The notes: generated by a model from the sequence alone, not told the origin. A DNA stretch of 64,000 nucleotides from Lentisphaeria bacterium (GCA_017462015.1 JAFTRX010000078.1:42740-106739), one strand, 5' to 3'. Counted from the stretch's first letter, positions 1 to 9,895 are shown. Made by a program: numbers and translations.

Positions 1-1278
1 GAGCTTCATGATCGCCACCGCAGTCGGGTGGTTGCTGAACCGTTCCAGCGAGGCTGCGATTTTGAGCAATTCAGCACGGCTGACGCCCTCTTCGCCCTGA
101 ATTTTGACCACGGAAAGCAGACCGTCAGTCAGCGTACCGGTTTTATCAAACACAAAACTTGTGATCTTGCTCGCAAGCTCCAAGTGCGCGATATTCTTGA
201 TAAAGATTCCCAACCGCGCCGCCGCTGCGACCGCCGCGACGACTGCCGTCGGCGTTGCCAGCACCACTGCACACGGGCAGGAGATGACCAGAAACGCGAT
301 GACGGAATTCATATCCTTGCTGAACCACCAGGTGATCCACGCTATCATCAACACCGTCGGGGTGTAATATCCGGCATAGCGGTCGATCAACCGCACCACG
401 GGGGTACGGCTGGCTTCAGCTTGCAGGATCATCTCTTTGACTTTACCCAGTGTCGTGTCTCCGCCGACTTTGGTAACTTCCAGTTCCACGGCACCGGTCA
501 GATTCTGCGTACCGGCAAAGACATCGTCTCCGGCGCTCTTTTCAACGGGGACAGATTCACCGGTGATCGATGCCTGGTTAACGGTACTTTCACCGACGAT
601 GATACGCGCATCCACCGGAAAGTTTTCGCCGGGGCGCACCAGAATCCGGTCGCCGATAGCAAGCGTGGTCACCTGTACTTCGCTCTCTTTGCCATCGGCA
701 TCGAGCTTATGTGCCACATTGGGAGTAAGTTTGATCAACTCTTCGATGGAACGCTGGGCTCCGCTTGCGGTGCGGGTTTCGATAATGATCGTCACCAGCA
801 GGAAAAATGCGATGATACCTGCAGTCTGGAAGTCCGCGCTCACCATAGCCGCCAGAATTGCCAGCGCCACAAGTTCGTTCATGTAAACTTTGCCGCGCAG
901 CAAATCTTTGATTGCTGTAATGATGATCGGCAATGCCAGAATGAATGCACCGCATACCGCCGACATATCAGCGGCAAACGCCTGTTCCGGCAGGAAACGC
1001 TGGAGCAGAAAACTGTTGGCAGTCAGCATACCGCCGACCAGCGCAAAAAAGAGTCTGCCCATGGAACGGTCATGACCGACACCGCCTTCGGCTTTATGGT
1101 CGTGACCGCAGATACAGGTGCTGTCCATCTCATCATGGTCGTGATGATGACCGCAACCGCACTTGTCAGCGTGGTCATGGTCGTGACCGCAGCTGCACTT
1201 TCCGTCGTGGTCGTGATGGTGGTGATGGTCATGCGTTTCGCAGTGACCGTTGCAATTTTTATGCTCGAGTTCAGCCAT
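1..1278 (-). CDS. Heavy-metal translocating P1B-type ATPase, N-terminal part (C-terminal part lies beyond the window start)
   Basis: Own translation of the minus strand from ATG at 1278. The ORF runs off the edge, so it is absent from the ORF track. N-terminus reads MAELEHKNCNGHCETHDHHHHHDHDGKCSCGHDHDH... TGES (SITGESVPV), CPC (VISCPCAVVLATP) and DKTGTLT motifs occur in canonical order. An AAGGAGG lies upstream inside the end of the preceding gene. Confidence 0.9.
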   Translation of the reverse strand, partial: MAELEHKNCNGHCETHDHHHHHDHDGKCSCGHDHDHADKCGCGHHHDHDEMDSTCICGHDHKAEGGVGHDRSMGRLFFALVGGMLTANSFLLQRFLPEQAFAADMSAVCGAFILALPIIITAIKDLLRGKVYMNELVALAILAAMVSADFQTAGIIAFFLLVTIIIETRTASGAQRSIEELIKLTPNVAHKLDADGKESEVQVTTLAIGDRILVRPGENFPVDARIIVGESTVNQASITGESVPVEKSAGDDVFAGTQNLTGAVELEVTKVGGDTTLGKVKEMILQAEASRTPVVRLIDRYAGYYTPTVLMIAWITWWFSKDMNSVIAFLVISCPCAVVLATPTAVVAAVAAAARLGIFIKNIAHLELASKITSFVFDKTGTLTDGLLSVVKIQGEEGVSRAELLKIAASLERFSNHPTAVAIMKL

Positions 1279-1284
1279 GATGCG

Positions 1285-2424
1285 TTACTTCGCCTCCTTG
1301 CCGCTTTTGGGGTTGTCAGATTTCTTCGGTTCAGGATTCAGCTTGAAGCGTACCTGCTTCTTTTCGCCACGGGTGCCGAGGATGAATTTATCGCCATTCA
1401 GCTGGGCGGCAACATCGGTCAAGACTGCCGTGTAAAGCGCCATGGTGACACTGCTGCCGTACTTCCGGTACTTGGCGAGGATCTCTTTGAAATAGAACTC
1501 CTGTGCATCAGTCCGGGCGACCAGACGTTTTTTGTAAGTTTCCGCCTGAGCGATGATCTCAGCAACAGAAGCTTTGGTGTCGTTTTCAATTTGCACTTTG
1601 TACGCTTCAGCTTCGTTGTAAAGCTGACTGCGGGTGTTGCCGGCGGCGGTGACAGCATCGAATGCCGCTTTGGTTTTGCGCGGCGGATAGATCCGGTTCA
1701 AACCGACACTGTCGATTTTGATACCGCAATCAGCCTGATGCACCAGCGCGGTGAAACGTTTCTGCACCTCTTCGCTGTACGCGCCCTGTCCGGCGTAAAG
1801 AATTTCTCCGACCTGAGATGCCGCAGTGACATCGATCACGGCACGGCGGAACATGTTTCTCAGGAAGGTTTGCGGACCGCGGCTGCCTTTCATTCCGGCG
1901 AAATCGGTGATCTCATCGTCCGGAGTGACTTTGCCGTTTTTCACCGGCTCAGCCGGGGTCAGCAAGGTTTCATAATATTTTGCCGCATTGTCCACTCTGT
2001 ACGCGATAGTCCATGAACTGTGGACGATATTGGCATCACCGGTGAGCAGGAAGCTGTCCCGTCCCGGTTCCAGAGAAATTCCGGACTCATCCGCTGTTGC
2101 CAGTGTCGCCGGAACGAAGTCCACGTTGAGCAGCTGCTGGCTGGTCTGGACGCGGATGAACTGGTTTACCGGATAAGGCAGATACCAGTGGCCGCCGGAA
2201 TCGTGGGTGGCGATCACTTTGCCGAAACGCAGTACGATGACCGACTGCTGCGGTTCAACGGAGAAGTATCCGGCGCCGCTGAAGAAGTAGATCAGCGTAC
2301 CGATAATGCCGATCAGCAGCACAAAGAATGCTGCCCGCAGACTGCCGGCAAGCGACTTCAGACCTGCCTCATAACGGCCGGTACGGTCGAACTCGCCGGA
2401 GATTACGCTTTTGTTGTCACTCAT
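1285..2424 (-). CDS. SPFH/band-7 domain membrane protein, HflK-like
   Basis: 379-aa ORF with an N-terminal TM helix (AAFFVLLIGIIGTLIYFF). The SPFH core (VIVLRFGKV...) is followed by a coiled-coil tail (AEAYKVQIENDTKASVAEIIAQAE). Its stop is 6 nt before the ATPase start. Confidence 0.75.
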   Translation of the reverse strand: MSDNKSVISGEFDRTGRYEAGLKSLAGSLRAAFFVLLIGIIGTLIYFFSGAGYFSVEPQQSVIVLRFGKVIATHDSGGHWYLPYPVNQFIRVQTSQQLLNVDFVPATLATADESGISLEPGRDSFLLTGDANIVHSSWTIAYRVDNAAKYYETLLTPAEPVKNGKVTPDDEITDFAGMKGSRGPQTFLRNMFRRAVIDVTAASQVGEILYAGQGAYSEEVQKRFTALVHQADCGIKIDSVGLNRIYPPRKTKAAFDAVTAAGNTRSQLYNEAEAYKVQIENDTKASVAEIIAQAETYKKRLVARTDAQEFYFKEILAKYRKYGSSVTMALYTAVLTDVAAQLNGDKFILGTRGEKKQVRFKLNPEPKKSDNPKSGKEAK

Positions 2425-2445
2425 AAATTCTGCTCCGCAATGGTG

Positions 2446-3384
2446 TTACTTGTTCCGGGGAACCACCGGCAATTTGCCCTTGCCGTAATTCTTCGCCGCA
2501 TTGAGCAGATCAAAGGGCGGCACGTTGGTGTCGAAGACGATGGTGGTGCGGCCGCGGAGGATGACCCGCAACGCTTCGATCTTGCGCAGAAATTCTGCCA
2601 ATTCCGGATCACTGCTGAAGGTCTTGTAGGATTCTGCCGCTTTGGCATCGCCCTCAGCGCGGATGCGCTGGGCCTGTGCTTCAGCTTCTGCCAATGCGAT
2701 GGTGCGGTCGCGGTCGGCGGAGATCCGGATCTCGCGCGCCTTGCTCTTGCCTTCGGCGATGCTGCGGTCGGCGAACTGTTTGCGCTCGGCAACCATGCGG
2801 TCAAAGACCTTTTCGGTGATGGTCTTGGGGACGCCGAGGGTGTTGATTCCGACGCTGACGATCTCGATGCCGTACTTGGCGGTCTGGGCGATCAGGTTGC
2901 TCTTGATCTGCTCCTGAATTTCCTGAAGCTTCAACTTTTTGGGATCGGTGTTGACGATCTGGTTGAAGTTGTAGAGACCGAACGCGCTGTTTTTCTCACT
3001 GCGCATCTGATTGTTGAGCATCTCTTCGGCGTTGGGAACATCCTGAAGCTGTTTGAAGAAGAGTTCCGGATTGCTGATGCGGTAGTCCACATATATTCCG
3101 GCGAGGATGTTGTGTCCGTCGCGGGTGGCAGTTTCTTCCAGTTTGCCGGTGCTGCCTTCAAAACAGCGGATGCGCTTGTCGAAACGGTACACCTTCTGGA
3201 AGGGGAAGGGCCACCGGAAATGCAATCCGGCTTCCGTCACCACGGAGGGACGTCCGAAGGTGGTGATGATCGCTACTTCAGTCTGGTTGAGCTGGAATGA
3301 AAATACCGCCGTCAGCAGAATAACTGCCACGATCAGACCGAGCATCATTGTCGGCCAGTGTTTGAAGAAATTTCCTTTTGCCAT
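2446..3384 (-). CDS. SPFH/band-7 domain membrane protein, HflC-like
   Basis: ORF 2446..3402 has an N-terminal TM, an SPFH core (AIITTFGRPSVV...GLHFRWPFPFQKV) and an Ala/Glu-rich coil (ALAEAEAQAQRIRAEGDAKAAE). I moved the start to ATG 3384, which sits behind GGAGG. The track start at 3402 is a TTG overlapping that SD. Confidence 0.75.
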   Translation of the reverse strand: MAKGNFFKHWPTMMLGLIVAVILLTAVFSFQLNQTEVAIITTFGRPSVVTEAGLHFRWPFPFQKVYRFDKRIRCFEGSTGKLEETATRDGHNILAGIYVDYRISNPELFFKQLQDVPNAEEMLNNQMRSEKNSAFGLYNFNQIVNTDPKKLKLQEIQEQIKSNLIAQTAKYGIEIVSVGINTLGVPKTITEKVFDRMVAERKQFADRSIAEGKSKAREIRISADRDRTIALAEAEAQAQRIRAEGDAKAAESYKTFSSDPELAEFLRKIEALRVILRGRTTIVFDTNVPPFDLLNAAKNYGKGKLPVVPRNK

Positions 3385-3429
3385 GATTTTTATAACCTCC
3401 AAAATTATATTGTTTTCTTATTCACTTCA

Positions 3430-5385
3430 TCACTTGGCGGTCTGATTGCTCAACTCAGCAGAGTCGATATCGACCAGATCGATGCGTTCCCGGGTTTCGA
3501 AGTTCATCTCGTAGATTTCATCTTCCAATCCGGAACCGACGATATATTTGCGGATGGCTGCAGTTTCCTGTTCCAACACTTCCAGTTTGCTGTTCAGCTT
3601 GAACATCCCAGGAAGCATCCGGTACGCTGCCAGCTGGGATTTGAACCGGTCGCTCTCAGCCTTGGCAACGGTACTGACCCGGTTGCTGTAACTGCGCGCG
3701 GATTCAACGATTTCAAGTGCTGATGCCTGCGCTTCGGGGATGACGGTCGCGGCATACGCTTTGGCGGTGAGGATTTCAGTCTCTTTTTCTTCCAGTGCGC
3801 CGATAACTTCCTGATATGCGGGAGCAACTTTTTCCACCGGCGGATGGGCATCCATGATACCAACACGGATGATTTCGATGCCGAGCTTGTTGAGATCGGC
3901 AAGCTGCTGTATCCGCTTGGCGATGGCGCGTTCCGCCTGACGGCGGCCGTATGCCAGCAGTTCTTCCATGGTGGCGCCTGCCATGTATTCGGCGGCGGCC
4001 TGTTCTCCGATCATGCGGAGGATCTTCTCTGCTGATTCGTTGCCGTAAGCATAATTATAAACATCTTCAAATGTATCTCTGACCCGGTATTCGATGGGTA
4101 TGCCCATACGGACAAAGGAGATACTGGCATCGCCGTTGGCATCCTGCGCGTGCGTACTGCCATCGGTTGCCACGGCGACGACGAAGGGATCATCGGCACC
4201 GCCGTGTTCATTGGTCCACAAAACGACGGGAGCGGAAGCACGTTCTTCAGCTTTCTTGGAACTTTCACCGATGTAAATGCTCTTCATTTCGGTGCAGCTG
4301 AAACGCTTGACCGTGCCGAAGGGGTAGGGCAGTGTCCAGTAGACTCCGGGGGTGAGCAACTGCTGTTCGATCTTGCCGAAAGTTTCGCGGATACCGACCT
4401 GATTGGGACCGATTTCATGAACGGTGGTGAATCCCCAGAACAACACCGCCCAGAGGATGAGTACAGGGAAAAATGCGCGTTCAATAAAACCGTAAAGCCA
4501 GGTTCCGGAAACTTTGAATCCGAACTGGTAATCCAGCGCGGAGGCGATATTGCGCATCACTCCGCCGGGTTCGGTGAAAAATGCAAGTAACTGACTTTCA
4601 AAGACCGGACGGGCTTCCGCCAAAGTGCGCGGGCGGTAAAATTCAATGACGAAGTTCACTATAAACTCTGCACCGAGAACGATGAACACCCAGAAGAGTA
4701 TCCGGGAGCAGATCTTGTCAATACCGGTGATGTTGTTTGCCGTGCAGACAGAGGAAATACTCACCAGCAGCATCGCCACGAAGCCGGCAATGAGCCATGC
4801 GCCTGCCGGGCGGAGCCAGCGGAACTCTGCCACGCGGGATTGTCCGGCGAAAAACGCTCCGGCAAAGACACTTACCATCATCATCACTGCTGCAAGCAGT
4901 GCGGTGTGGATGGGAGAGGGGACATTGAGCTTGGCTTTTGCCGCCTCTTTTGCCGTAAGCTTTATAGCGGCAGCCATGTCGCTCTGGAACTTCCACAGCA
5001 TGAACGCCATCAGCAGCGCTGAGATCAGTGCCAAAGCAAACGGCGCGAACCGCTTGTAGTTGGCAAAACTTCTTCCGGCGGTGAAGCGGACATCTTCCTC
5101 CACGTTCAACGCGCGGCTTTCCATCCGTTTTGCCAAGAGTTTTTTCTCTTCATCTTCGTGGGCAACTGCGGTGCGCAAGATTCCGTAAACCACTGATGCC
5201 GCAGAGAATATCAATGCAAAAACGTACGGTATCGCTGCCAGTTTCAACGTTTCACTGCCCCGGCTTCCGCTGACTGCCAGTACGGTTACGAGCAGCAACA
5301 GCGAACCGATACCGGCAAACACCGATAATTTGGTCAGCAAACGTGAATTCTCAGCAGCACGGTTGAGATCATCACCATTTGTCAC
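3430..5385 (-). CDS. Polytopic membrane protein with C-terminal SPFH/band-7 domain (third SPFH paralog of the operon)
   Basis: 651-aa ORF with a GTG start. The first ~330 aa contain many hydrophobic helices. An SPFH-like core follows (GIRETFGKIEQQLLTPGVYWTLPYPFG ... GIEIIRVGIMDAHPP), then a coiled-coil tail. Confidence 0.7.
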   Translation of the reverse strand: MTNGDDLNRAAENSRLLTKLSVFAGIGSLLLLVTVLAVSGSRGSETLKLAAIPYVFALIFSAASVVYGILRTAVAHEDEEKKLLAKRMESRALNVEEDVRFTAGRSFANYKRFAPFALALISALLMAFMLWKFQSDMAAAIKLTAKEAAKAKLNVPSPIHTALLAAVMMMVSVFAGAFFAGQSRVAEFRWLRPAGAWLIAGFVAMLLVSISSVCTANNITGIDKICSRILFWVFIVLGAEFIVNFVIEFYRPRTLAEARPVFESQLLAFFTEPGGVMRNIASALDYQFGFKVSGTWLYGFIERAFFPVLILWAVLFWGFTTVHEIGPNQVGIRETFGKIEQQLLTPGVYWTLPYPFGTVKRFSCTEMKSIYIGESSKKAEERASAPVVLWTNEHGGADDPFVVAVATDGSTHAQDANGDASISFVRMGIPIEYRVRDTFEDVYNYAYGNESAEKILRMIGEQAAAEYMAGATMEELLAYGRRQAERAIAKRIQQLADLNKLGIEIIRVGIMDAHPPVEKVAPAYQEVIGALEEKETEILTAKAYAATVIPEAQASALEIVESARSYSNRVSTVAKAESDRFKSQLAAYRMLPGMFKLNSKLEVLEQETAAIRKYIVGSGLEDEIYEMNFETRERIDLVDIDSAELSNQTAK

Positions 5386-5442
5386 TTTTCCATCTTCTCC
5401 TTTTTTTTATTTTCAAAACAATACAAAATACTCTTTCTTATT

Positions 5443-5471
5443 ACAATACACCACAAATGCTGTTTTTTCAA
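5443..5471 (-). promoter_or_regulatory. Putative sigma-70 promoter of the SPFH/ATPase operon (TTGAAA-17-TATTGT)
   Basis: On the minus strand the sequence reads TTGAAA aaacagcatttgtggtg TATTGT, about 50 nt upstream of the GTG start at 5385. Hexamer match only. Confidence 0.35.
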
Positions 5472-5490
5472 CCCTCTGATTTGAAAAATA

Positions 5491-6732
5491 TTATCTTCCG
5501 GCCTCCGGCAGAGTGAGCCATTCCGGACAGCGCAGTTCCCGGATCTTATCGATCAACTCTCCGGCGGTGGCAGTCCGTTTTTCTTCGATGATCAATCCGC
5601 AGTTCCGCAGAATGTCGTTGTGGGATTCGCAGTTGAAAAGATTGCGGTAAGGCATCATCTCCAGATGGATTTTGCTGAAATCCCAGTTCTCATCCGGCTT
5701 GGGCATATCAAAAAGCCTTTGGAAATAATAGTTGGGCATTGTGTTGTAACACCATGAATCAAAAAGTTTTTCACAATATTCCATATCTTCAAAGGGGCGG
5801 CAGAGTTCGGCAAAATATGCCTTGAAGTCCGCTTCATCGTTTGCATTGAGCAGTTCGATGCTGTGCGGCATATTATAATAGGGGGTCAATTCCAGCTGCC
5901 ACGCTCCCTGAGAATCAAAACTGTAAACCGGCAGATAGCCCAGATGCCAGGGCTTAAAATCAGCAATACTGTAATCTTTGGTCGGGAAATAGAAATTTCC
6001 GCAACTGCCGACCACCGGTACTCCGTTGTGGATCTCGCAACCCAGCGGACAATGGGTGTGGGTGTTGAAAACCGCATCAGCACCGCCGTCTGCCAACGCC
6101 CGGAAAAGTTTCACCATCCGCGGCGAGGGGGCGGGGAAGTTTTCATGACCGCCGTGGAGCGTGACCAGCACCAGAAATCTCTGCTTTTTCAGTTCGCGGA
6201 TATGTTCAAGCAGTCCCGGCAGATCCAGACCGCAACTGCCGGGAGTATGGCGGCGGGCGAACCCGAATTCGTGTTCACAGGCGTTGAGAATGGCAAGTTT
6301 CATTCCTTTGGCTTCCACGATCAATGCCTTGGCGGCATCTTCGGCATCGGTTCCGGCACCGACCGTGGCAAATCCGGCGGATTCACACGCTTCAATGGTG
6401 TTCTGCAAAGCCTGTTCGCCGTAGTCTCCCGTGTGGTTGTTGGCGAGCATCAGTATTTGCGCTTTCAACTCTTTGGCAAAATCAAGTGCTTCTTTGCCGC
6501 AGCGCAGATTGGGGCCGCTTTTGGAAATAGGTTCTGAATCGGTGTCAATGGCGTTTTCCCAGTTGAGCAGCCGGATATCGGCACTGCTGTATACCGGAAG
6601 AATATTTTTGACGATAGCGGCCGCTTCACCGGCACATTGACCGGAATTTTTTTCACGCGGACAGAAATCACCTGCCACCGCAACGGTGAAAGTTTCTCCG
6701 ACCGGTTCCCGGAATTTCATTACGATACTCAT
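5491..6732 (-). CDS. CapA/PGA_cap family metallophosphoesterase-like protein
   Basis: Motifs VAVAGDF, LANNHTGDYG, LHGGHE and NTHTHCP fit the CapA/calcineurin-like family. Start placed at ATG 6732 (MSIVMKF), 10 nt behind AGGAG. The track start at 6762 would overlap galM. Confidence 0.7.
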   Translation of the reverse strand: MSIVMKFREPVGETFTVAVAGDFCPREKNSGQCAGEAAAIVKNILPVYSSADIRLLNWENAIDTDSEPISKSGPNLRCGKEALDFAKELKAQILMLANNHTGDYGEQALQNTIEACESAGFATVGAGTDAEDAAKALIVEAKGMKLAILNACEHEFGFARRHTPGSCGLDLPGLLEHIRELKKQRFLVLVTLHGGHENFPAPSPRMVKLFRALADGGADAVFNTHTHCPLGCEIHNGVPVVGSCGNFYFPTKDYSIADFKPWHLGYLPVYSFDSQGAWQLELTPYYNMPHSIELLNANDEADFKAYFAELCRPFEDMEYCEKLFDSWCYNTMPNYYFQRLFDMPKPDENWDFSKIHLEMMPYRNLFNCESHNDILRNCGLIIEEKRTATAGELIDKIRELRCPEWLTLPEAGR

Positions 6733-6748
6733 TGGGATTTGCTCCTGA

Positions 6749-7864
6749 TTAAAATGTTTCAAATTTCCATTCGGTGCAACTGCGGTAAGGCTCTTCCGGG
6801 GTGATGACCGGCGAGGGGAACTCCGGACGGTTTACTGCATCGGGCCAATTCTGCGTCTCCAGACAGAATCCGCCGAATTTGACATAATTGCCGCTGCGCC
6901 CGGGCTTGTTCTGCAAACAGTTAGCCATGTAGAACTGAATGCCGGGACGGTCGGTGCTGAGAACGAGCCGGATACCCGATTCCGGCGCGGATACCACCGC
7001 TGCCGCGTGGGTATAAATTCCGCACTTATCCTGCAAAACATAGTTGTCATCCAAGCCGTTGGGGAAATCTTTGCGGATATCGGCAAAATTGCGTTCTTTC
7101 TGCAAGTCGTAGGCGGTTCCGGCTACTTCCGGAATGTTTCCGGTCGGAATGAGCATTTCATTGACTTCGGTGCGGCGGGCGGCTTTCATCATAATCGAGT
7201 GATCGGAGCAATCGCCGCTGCCTTCGCCGTTGAGGTTCAAATAGACGTGGCTGGTGAAGTCAGCAACTGTTTTACGGTCGGGAACGGCGGTGATTTCCAG
7301 CGTGAGTTTGTGGTCATCGCTGACGGTGTAACGGGCGGTGATATCGAGGGTGCCGGGGAAGCCGCCGTCACCGTGCAGACTTTTCAAAGTGAGTACAAGT
7401 TCTTTATCAGTGTGCTTTTCAACCTGCCATAAACGTCCGGAAATACCGAATCCGCCGTGGAGGGAGTTGGTTTTGCGGTCATTGGGCAGCAGCTGATAAA
7501 CTTTGTCATCCAGCACGAAACGGGCATTGCTCACCCGGTTGGCGAGACGGCCGACCAGTGCGCCGAGGTAGATCGGATGGTTGATATAGCGTGCCGGATC
7601 TGCCCATGATAGTGCCACGTTGCGCAGTTTGCCGTTGCGGTCGGGGGTGTAAAGCGCGATGATGGTCGCTCCGTGATCGCTGATGTCAACGCCGAAGCCG
7701 TCGGCGCAGCGCAACTGATAAAGTTTGGCACTTCTGCCATCGGGATACTTGAAAAATTCACTGGATTTTGTTTGCATGATCTTATCCTCTTTTTTACTTT
7801 CAACAACGGCACACGAACAAAGCAGCAGCGGCAATGTTACGGCGATGAGATTTTTTATTTTCAA
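6749..7864 (-). CDS. galM: Aldose 1-epimerase (galactose mutarotase), probably a lipoprotein
   Basis: Mutarotase motifs are present: GRLANRVSNARFVLDDKVYQL, NSLHGGFGISGRLWQV and CLETQNWPDA. A TTG at 7864 behind AGGAGG gives the signal peptide M-KIKNLIAVTLPLLLC. The track GTG at 7894 is the alternative start. Confidence 0.8.
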   Translation of the reverse strand: MKIKNLIAVTLPLLLCSCAVVESKKEDKIMQTKSSEFFKYPDGRSAKLYQLRCADGFGVDISDHGATIIALYTPDRNGKLRNVALSWADPARYINHPIYLGALVGRLANRVSNARFVLDDKVYQLLPNDRKTNSLHGGFGISGRLWQVEKHTDKELVLTLKSLHGDGGFPGTLDITARYTVSDDHKLTLEITAVPDRKTVADFTSHVYLNLNGEGSGDCSDHSIMMKAARRTEVNEMLIPTGNIPEVAGTAYDLQKERNFADIRKDFPNGLDDNYVLQDKCGIYTHAAAVVSAPESGIRLVLSTDRPGIQFYMANCLQNKPGRSGNYVKFGGFCLETQNWPDAVNRPEFPSPVITPEEPYRSCTEWKFETF

Positions 7865-7880
7865 AATAACCTCCTGTGTT

Positions 7881-9839
7881 TCAGCGGTTTTCACTGTTTA
7901 TGCGGTCGTTTTCCAAACGCAACGCCTCCAGCTCAGTGGAAAATTTTTCCCACTCCTCTTCGGTGGCGGAAATCTCCTTGTCCAGCGCAGATAATTCGCT
8001 GTTCAGCTTGCCGAAATCCACCTTTTCTCCGGAGGATAACTTTGCCACCAGAACGCTTTTGCGCTCCGATTGCTTATCCAGCAGTGCTTCCAGCTCTTCG
8101 ACTTTCTTCTTTGCCGCCCGCAGTTCGCCCTGAATGGCACTGCGCGCCTGCGCCCGGGCGCGGCGGCGGTCTTTGGCACTTTCTCCGGACATCGGCGCGA
8201 TGGCGGCCGGCTGTACGGTACTGCCGTTGAGTTCGGCGGATTTTTCCAGAAAGTAGTCGTAATTGCCGAAATACTTCTTTACTCCATCCGGCGTTACCGC
8301 CCAGATCGTCGTTGCCACGTTGCGAACAAATTCAATATCGTGACTGACTGTTACCACCGTCCCCTGATAGCGCCGCAACGCTTCCTGAAGCAGTTCCCGT
8401 GCGGCAATATCCAAGTGGGTGGTCGGCTCGTCCAGAATCAGCAAATTAGGCGGATTGATAAATATCCTCGCCATCTGTAATCTTATCTTCTCTCCGCCGG
8501 ACAATACTCCGCACGGCTTTTTCATCGCATCACCGGAAAATCCGAATGAACCCAACACATTGGCAACACTTGCCAGACTTGCCGCCGGCGGCAGGCATTG
8601 CCGCACTGCATCATAGACCGAAAGTTCGTCGTTGAGCAGATCGGAAAACTCCTGTGACTGATAACCGATGATGATACGGTGGCCGATGACCACTCTGCCT
8701 TCCTGCGGTGTGAGCACGCCGGAGAGCAGTTTGAGCAGAGTGGTTTTTCCCATGCCGTTATATCCGATGACGGCAAGTTTATCTCCGGATGCGATCTCCA
8801 TGCTCAAATCGGTAAAGAGTTTTTCTCCGCCGGGATAACCGAAGGTGAGGTGTTCAAAGCGTGCCGCTTCCACTCCGCATCCCGGCGGTTCGGGGAAGCG
8901 GATGATGCCCCGGTAATCCAGTTCGTCCGGAAGTTCGATATCCTCCAACCGGTCGAGTTTTTTCTGCGCGCTTTTAGCGGCGGCAGCTTTGGTACTTTTG
9001 GCTTTGAAACGGTCGATCATCCGTTCCAGCTGTTCTTTTTTATGTTCGGTGTTCCGCTTCGCAGCTTCCAGTGAAATTTTGCGCTGCTCTTTTTCGTTGC
9101 GGTAAAAGTCGTAATTGCCCGGATAGCGGGTGACTTTGGTGTTGTTCACTTCCAGCGTTACCGACGTAAGTTTCCGCAACAGGAAGCGGTCGTGCGAAAT
9201 AAGCAGCAGCGTTCCTTTGAAGTTGGCAAGATAACGGCACAACCACTCCACTGCCGGAATATCCAGATAGTTGGACGGTTCGTCCAGCAGCAGTATATCC
9301 GGATGGGAGATCAGCACCCGTGCCAGTGCCGCGCGCATCTGCCACCCTCCGGAAAATGACGAAAGTTTGTCGTTGAGCCGGTTTACCGGAAAACCGAGAC
9401 TGGTCAGCGCTTCTTTCGCCTCCTGTTCCAGATGATAAACTCCCAGATGTTCGATGGTCGTCTGCAGAAATCCGTGCCGTTTGAGCAATGAGTCAAGTTC
9501 ATCGTCTCCGGAATTGTCCAACCGTGCTTCCAGCGATTCCAGTTCGGCGGAATAGCTTTTCAGTTCCGGAATGGCATCAGCGGTAAACTCCAGCACCGTC
9601 CGCTCCCGGTCGCAGTCGGCAATGTACTGCCGCATGATGCCGAGACGGAAATCTTTGGGGATGACGATCTCTCCGGCATCCGGGAGCATCTCTCCCGTGA
9701 CCATGGAAAAGAGCGTACTTTTACCCGCTCCGTTGGGACCGACGACACCGACACGCTCGCCGGTATTGATGCGGCAATTCACCTCTTTCAGGATATATAT
9801 GCCGCCGAAACTTTTAGAAAGGTTTTTAAAATCTATCAT
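7881..9839 (-). CDS. ABC-F family ATPase (two ABC domains, C-terminal coiled coil)
   Basis: Two Walker A motifs (GPNGAGKST, GYNGMGKTT) and two signature motifs (FSGGWQMR, LSGGEKIR). There are no TM segments. The charged coil tail fits ABC-F translation factors. Confidence 0.85.
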   Translation of the reverse strand: MIDFKNLSKSFGGIYILKEVNCRINTGERVGVVGPNGAGKSTLFSMVTGEMLPDAGEIVIPKDFRLGIMRQYIADCDRERTVLEFTADAIPELKSYSAELESLEARLDNSGDDELDSLLKRHGFLQTTIEHLGVYHLEQEAKEALTSLGFPVNRLNDKLSSFSGGWQMRAALARVLISHPDILLLDEPSNYLDIPAVEWLCRYLANFKGTLLLISHDRFLLRKLTSVTLEVNNTKVTRYPGNYDFYRNEKEQRKISLEAAKRNTEHKKEQLERMIDRFKAKSTKAAAAKSAQKKLDRLEDIELPDELDYRGIIRFPEPPGCGVEAARFEHLTFGYPGGEKLFTDLSMEIASGDKLAVIGYNGMGKTTLLKLLSGVLTPQEGRVVIGHRIIIGYQSQEFSDLLNDELSVYDAVRQCLPPAASLASVANVLGSFGFSGDAMKKPCGVLSGGEKIRLQMARIFINPPNLLILDEPTTHLDIAARELLQEALRRYQGTVVTVSHDIEFVRNVATTIWAVTPDGVKKYFGNYDYFLEKSAELNGSTVQPAAIAPMSGESAKDRRRARAQARSAIQGELRAAKKKVEELEALLDKQSERKSVLVAKLSSGEKVDFGKLNSELSALDKEISATEEEWEKFSTELEALRLENDRINSENR

Positions 9840-9895
9840 TTATCTTCAACAAATTGATTATAGAGTATCAATCCCCATAATTTAGCACATTTTTT

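Noticed and set aside
28-2016. Longest plus-strand ORF at the left end (662 aa).
   Set aside because: It is antisense to the P1B ATPase and the HflK-like gene. The opposite strand shows canonical TGES/CPC/DKTGTLT and SPFH motifs. This ORF has R/D/G/H/V-rich, motif-free sequence, and its VMVVMM run is simply the complement of the His-codon run.
2020-3300. 426-aa plus-strand ORF.
   Set aside because: It is an antisense shadow of the HflK-like and HflC-like genes, with no recognisable domain or SD.
5382-5393. Three-codon upstream ORF (ATG GAA AAG TGA) overlapping the GTG start of the first SPFH gene.
   Set aside because: The spacing from the AAGGAG to this ATG is only about 3 nt. This is too little evidence to call a regulatory uORF.
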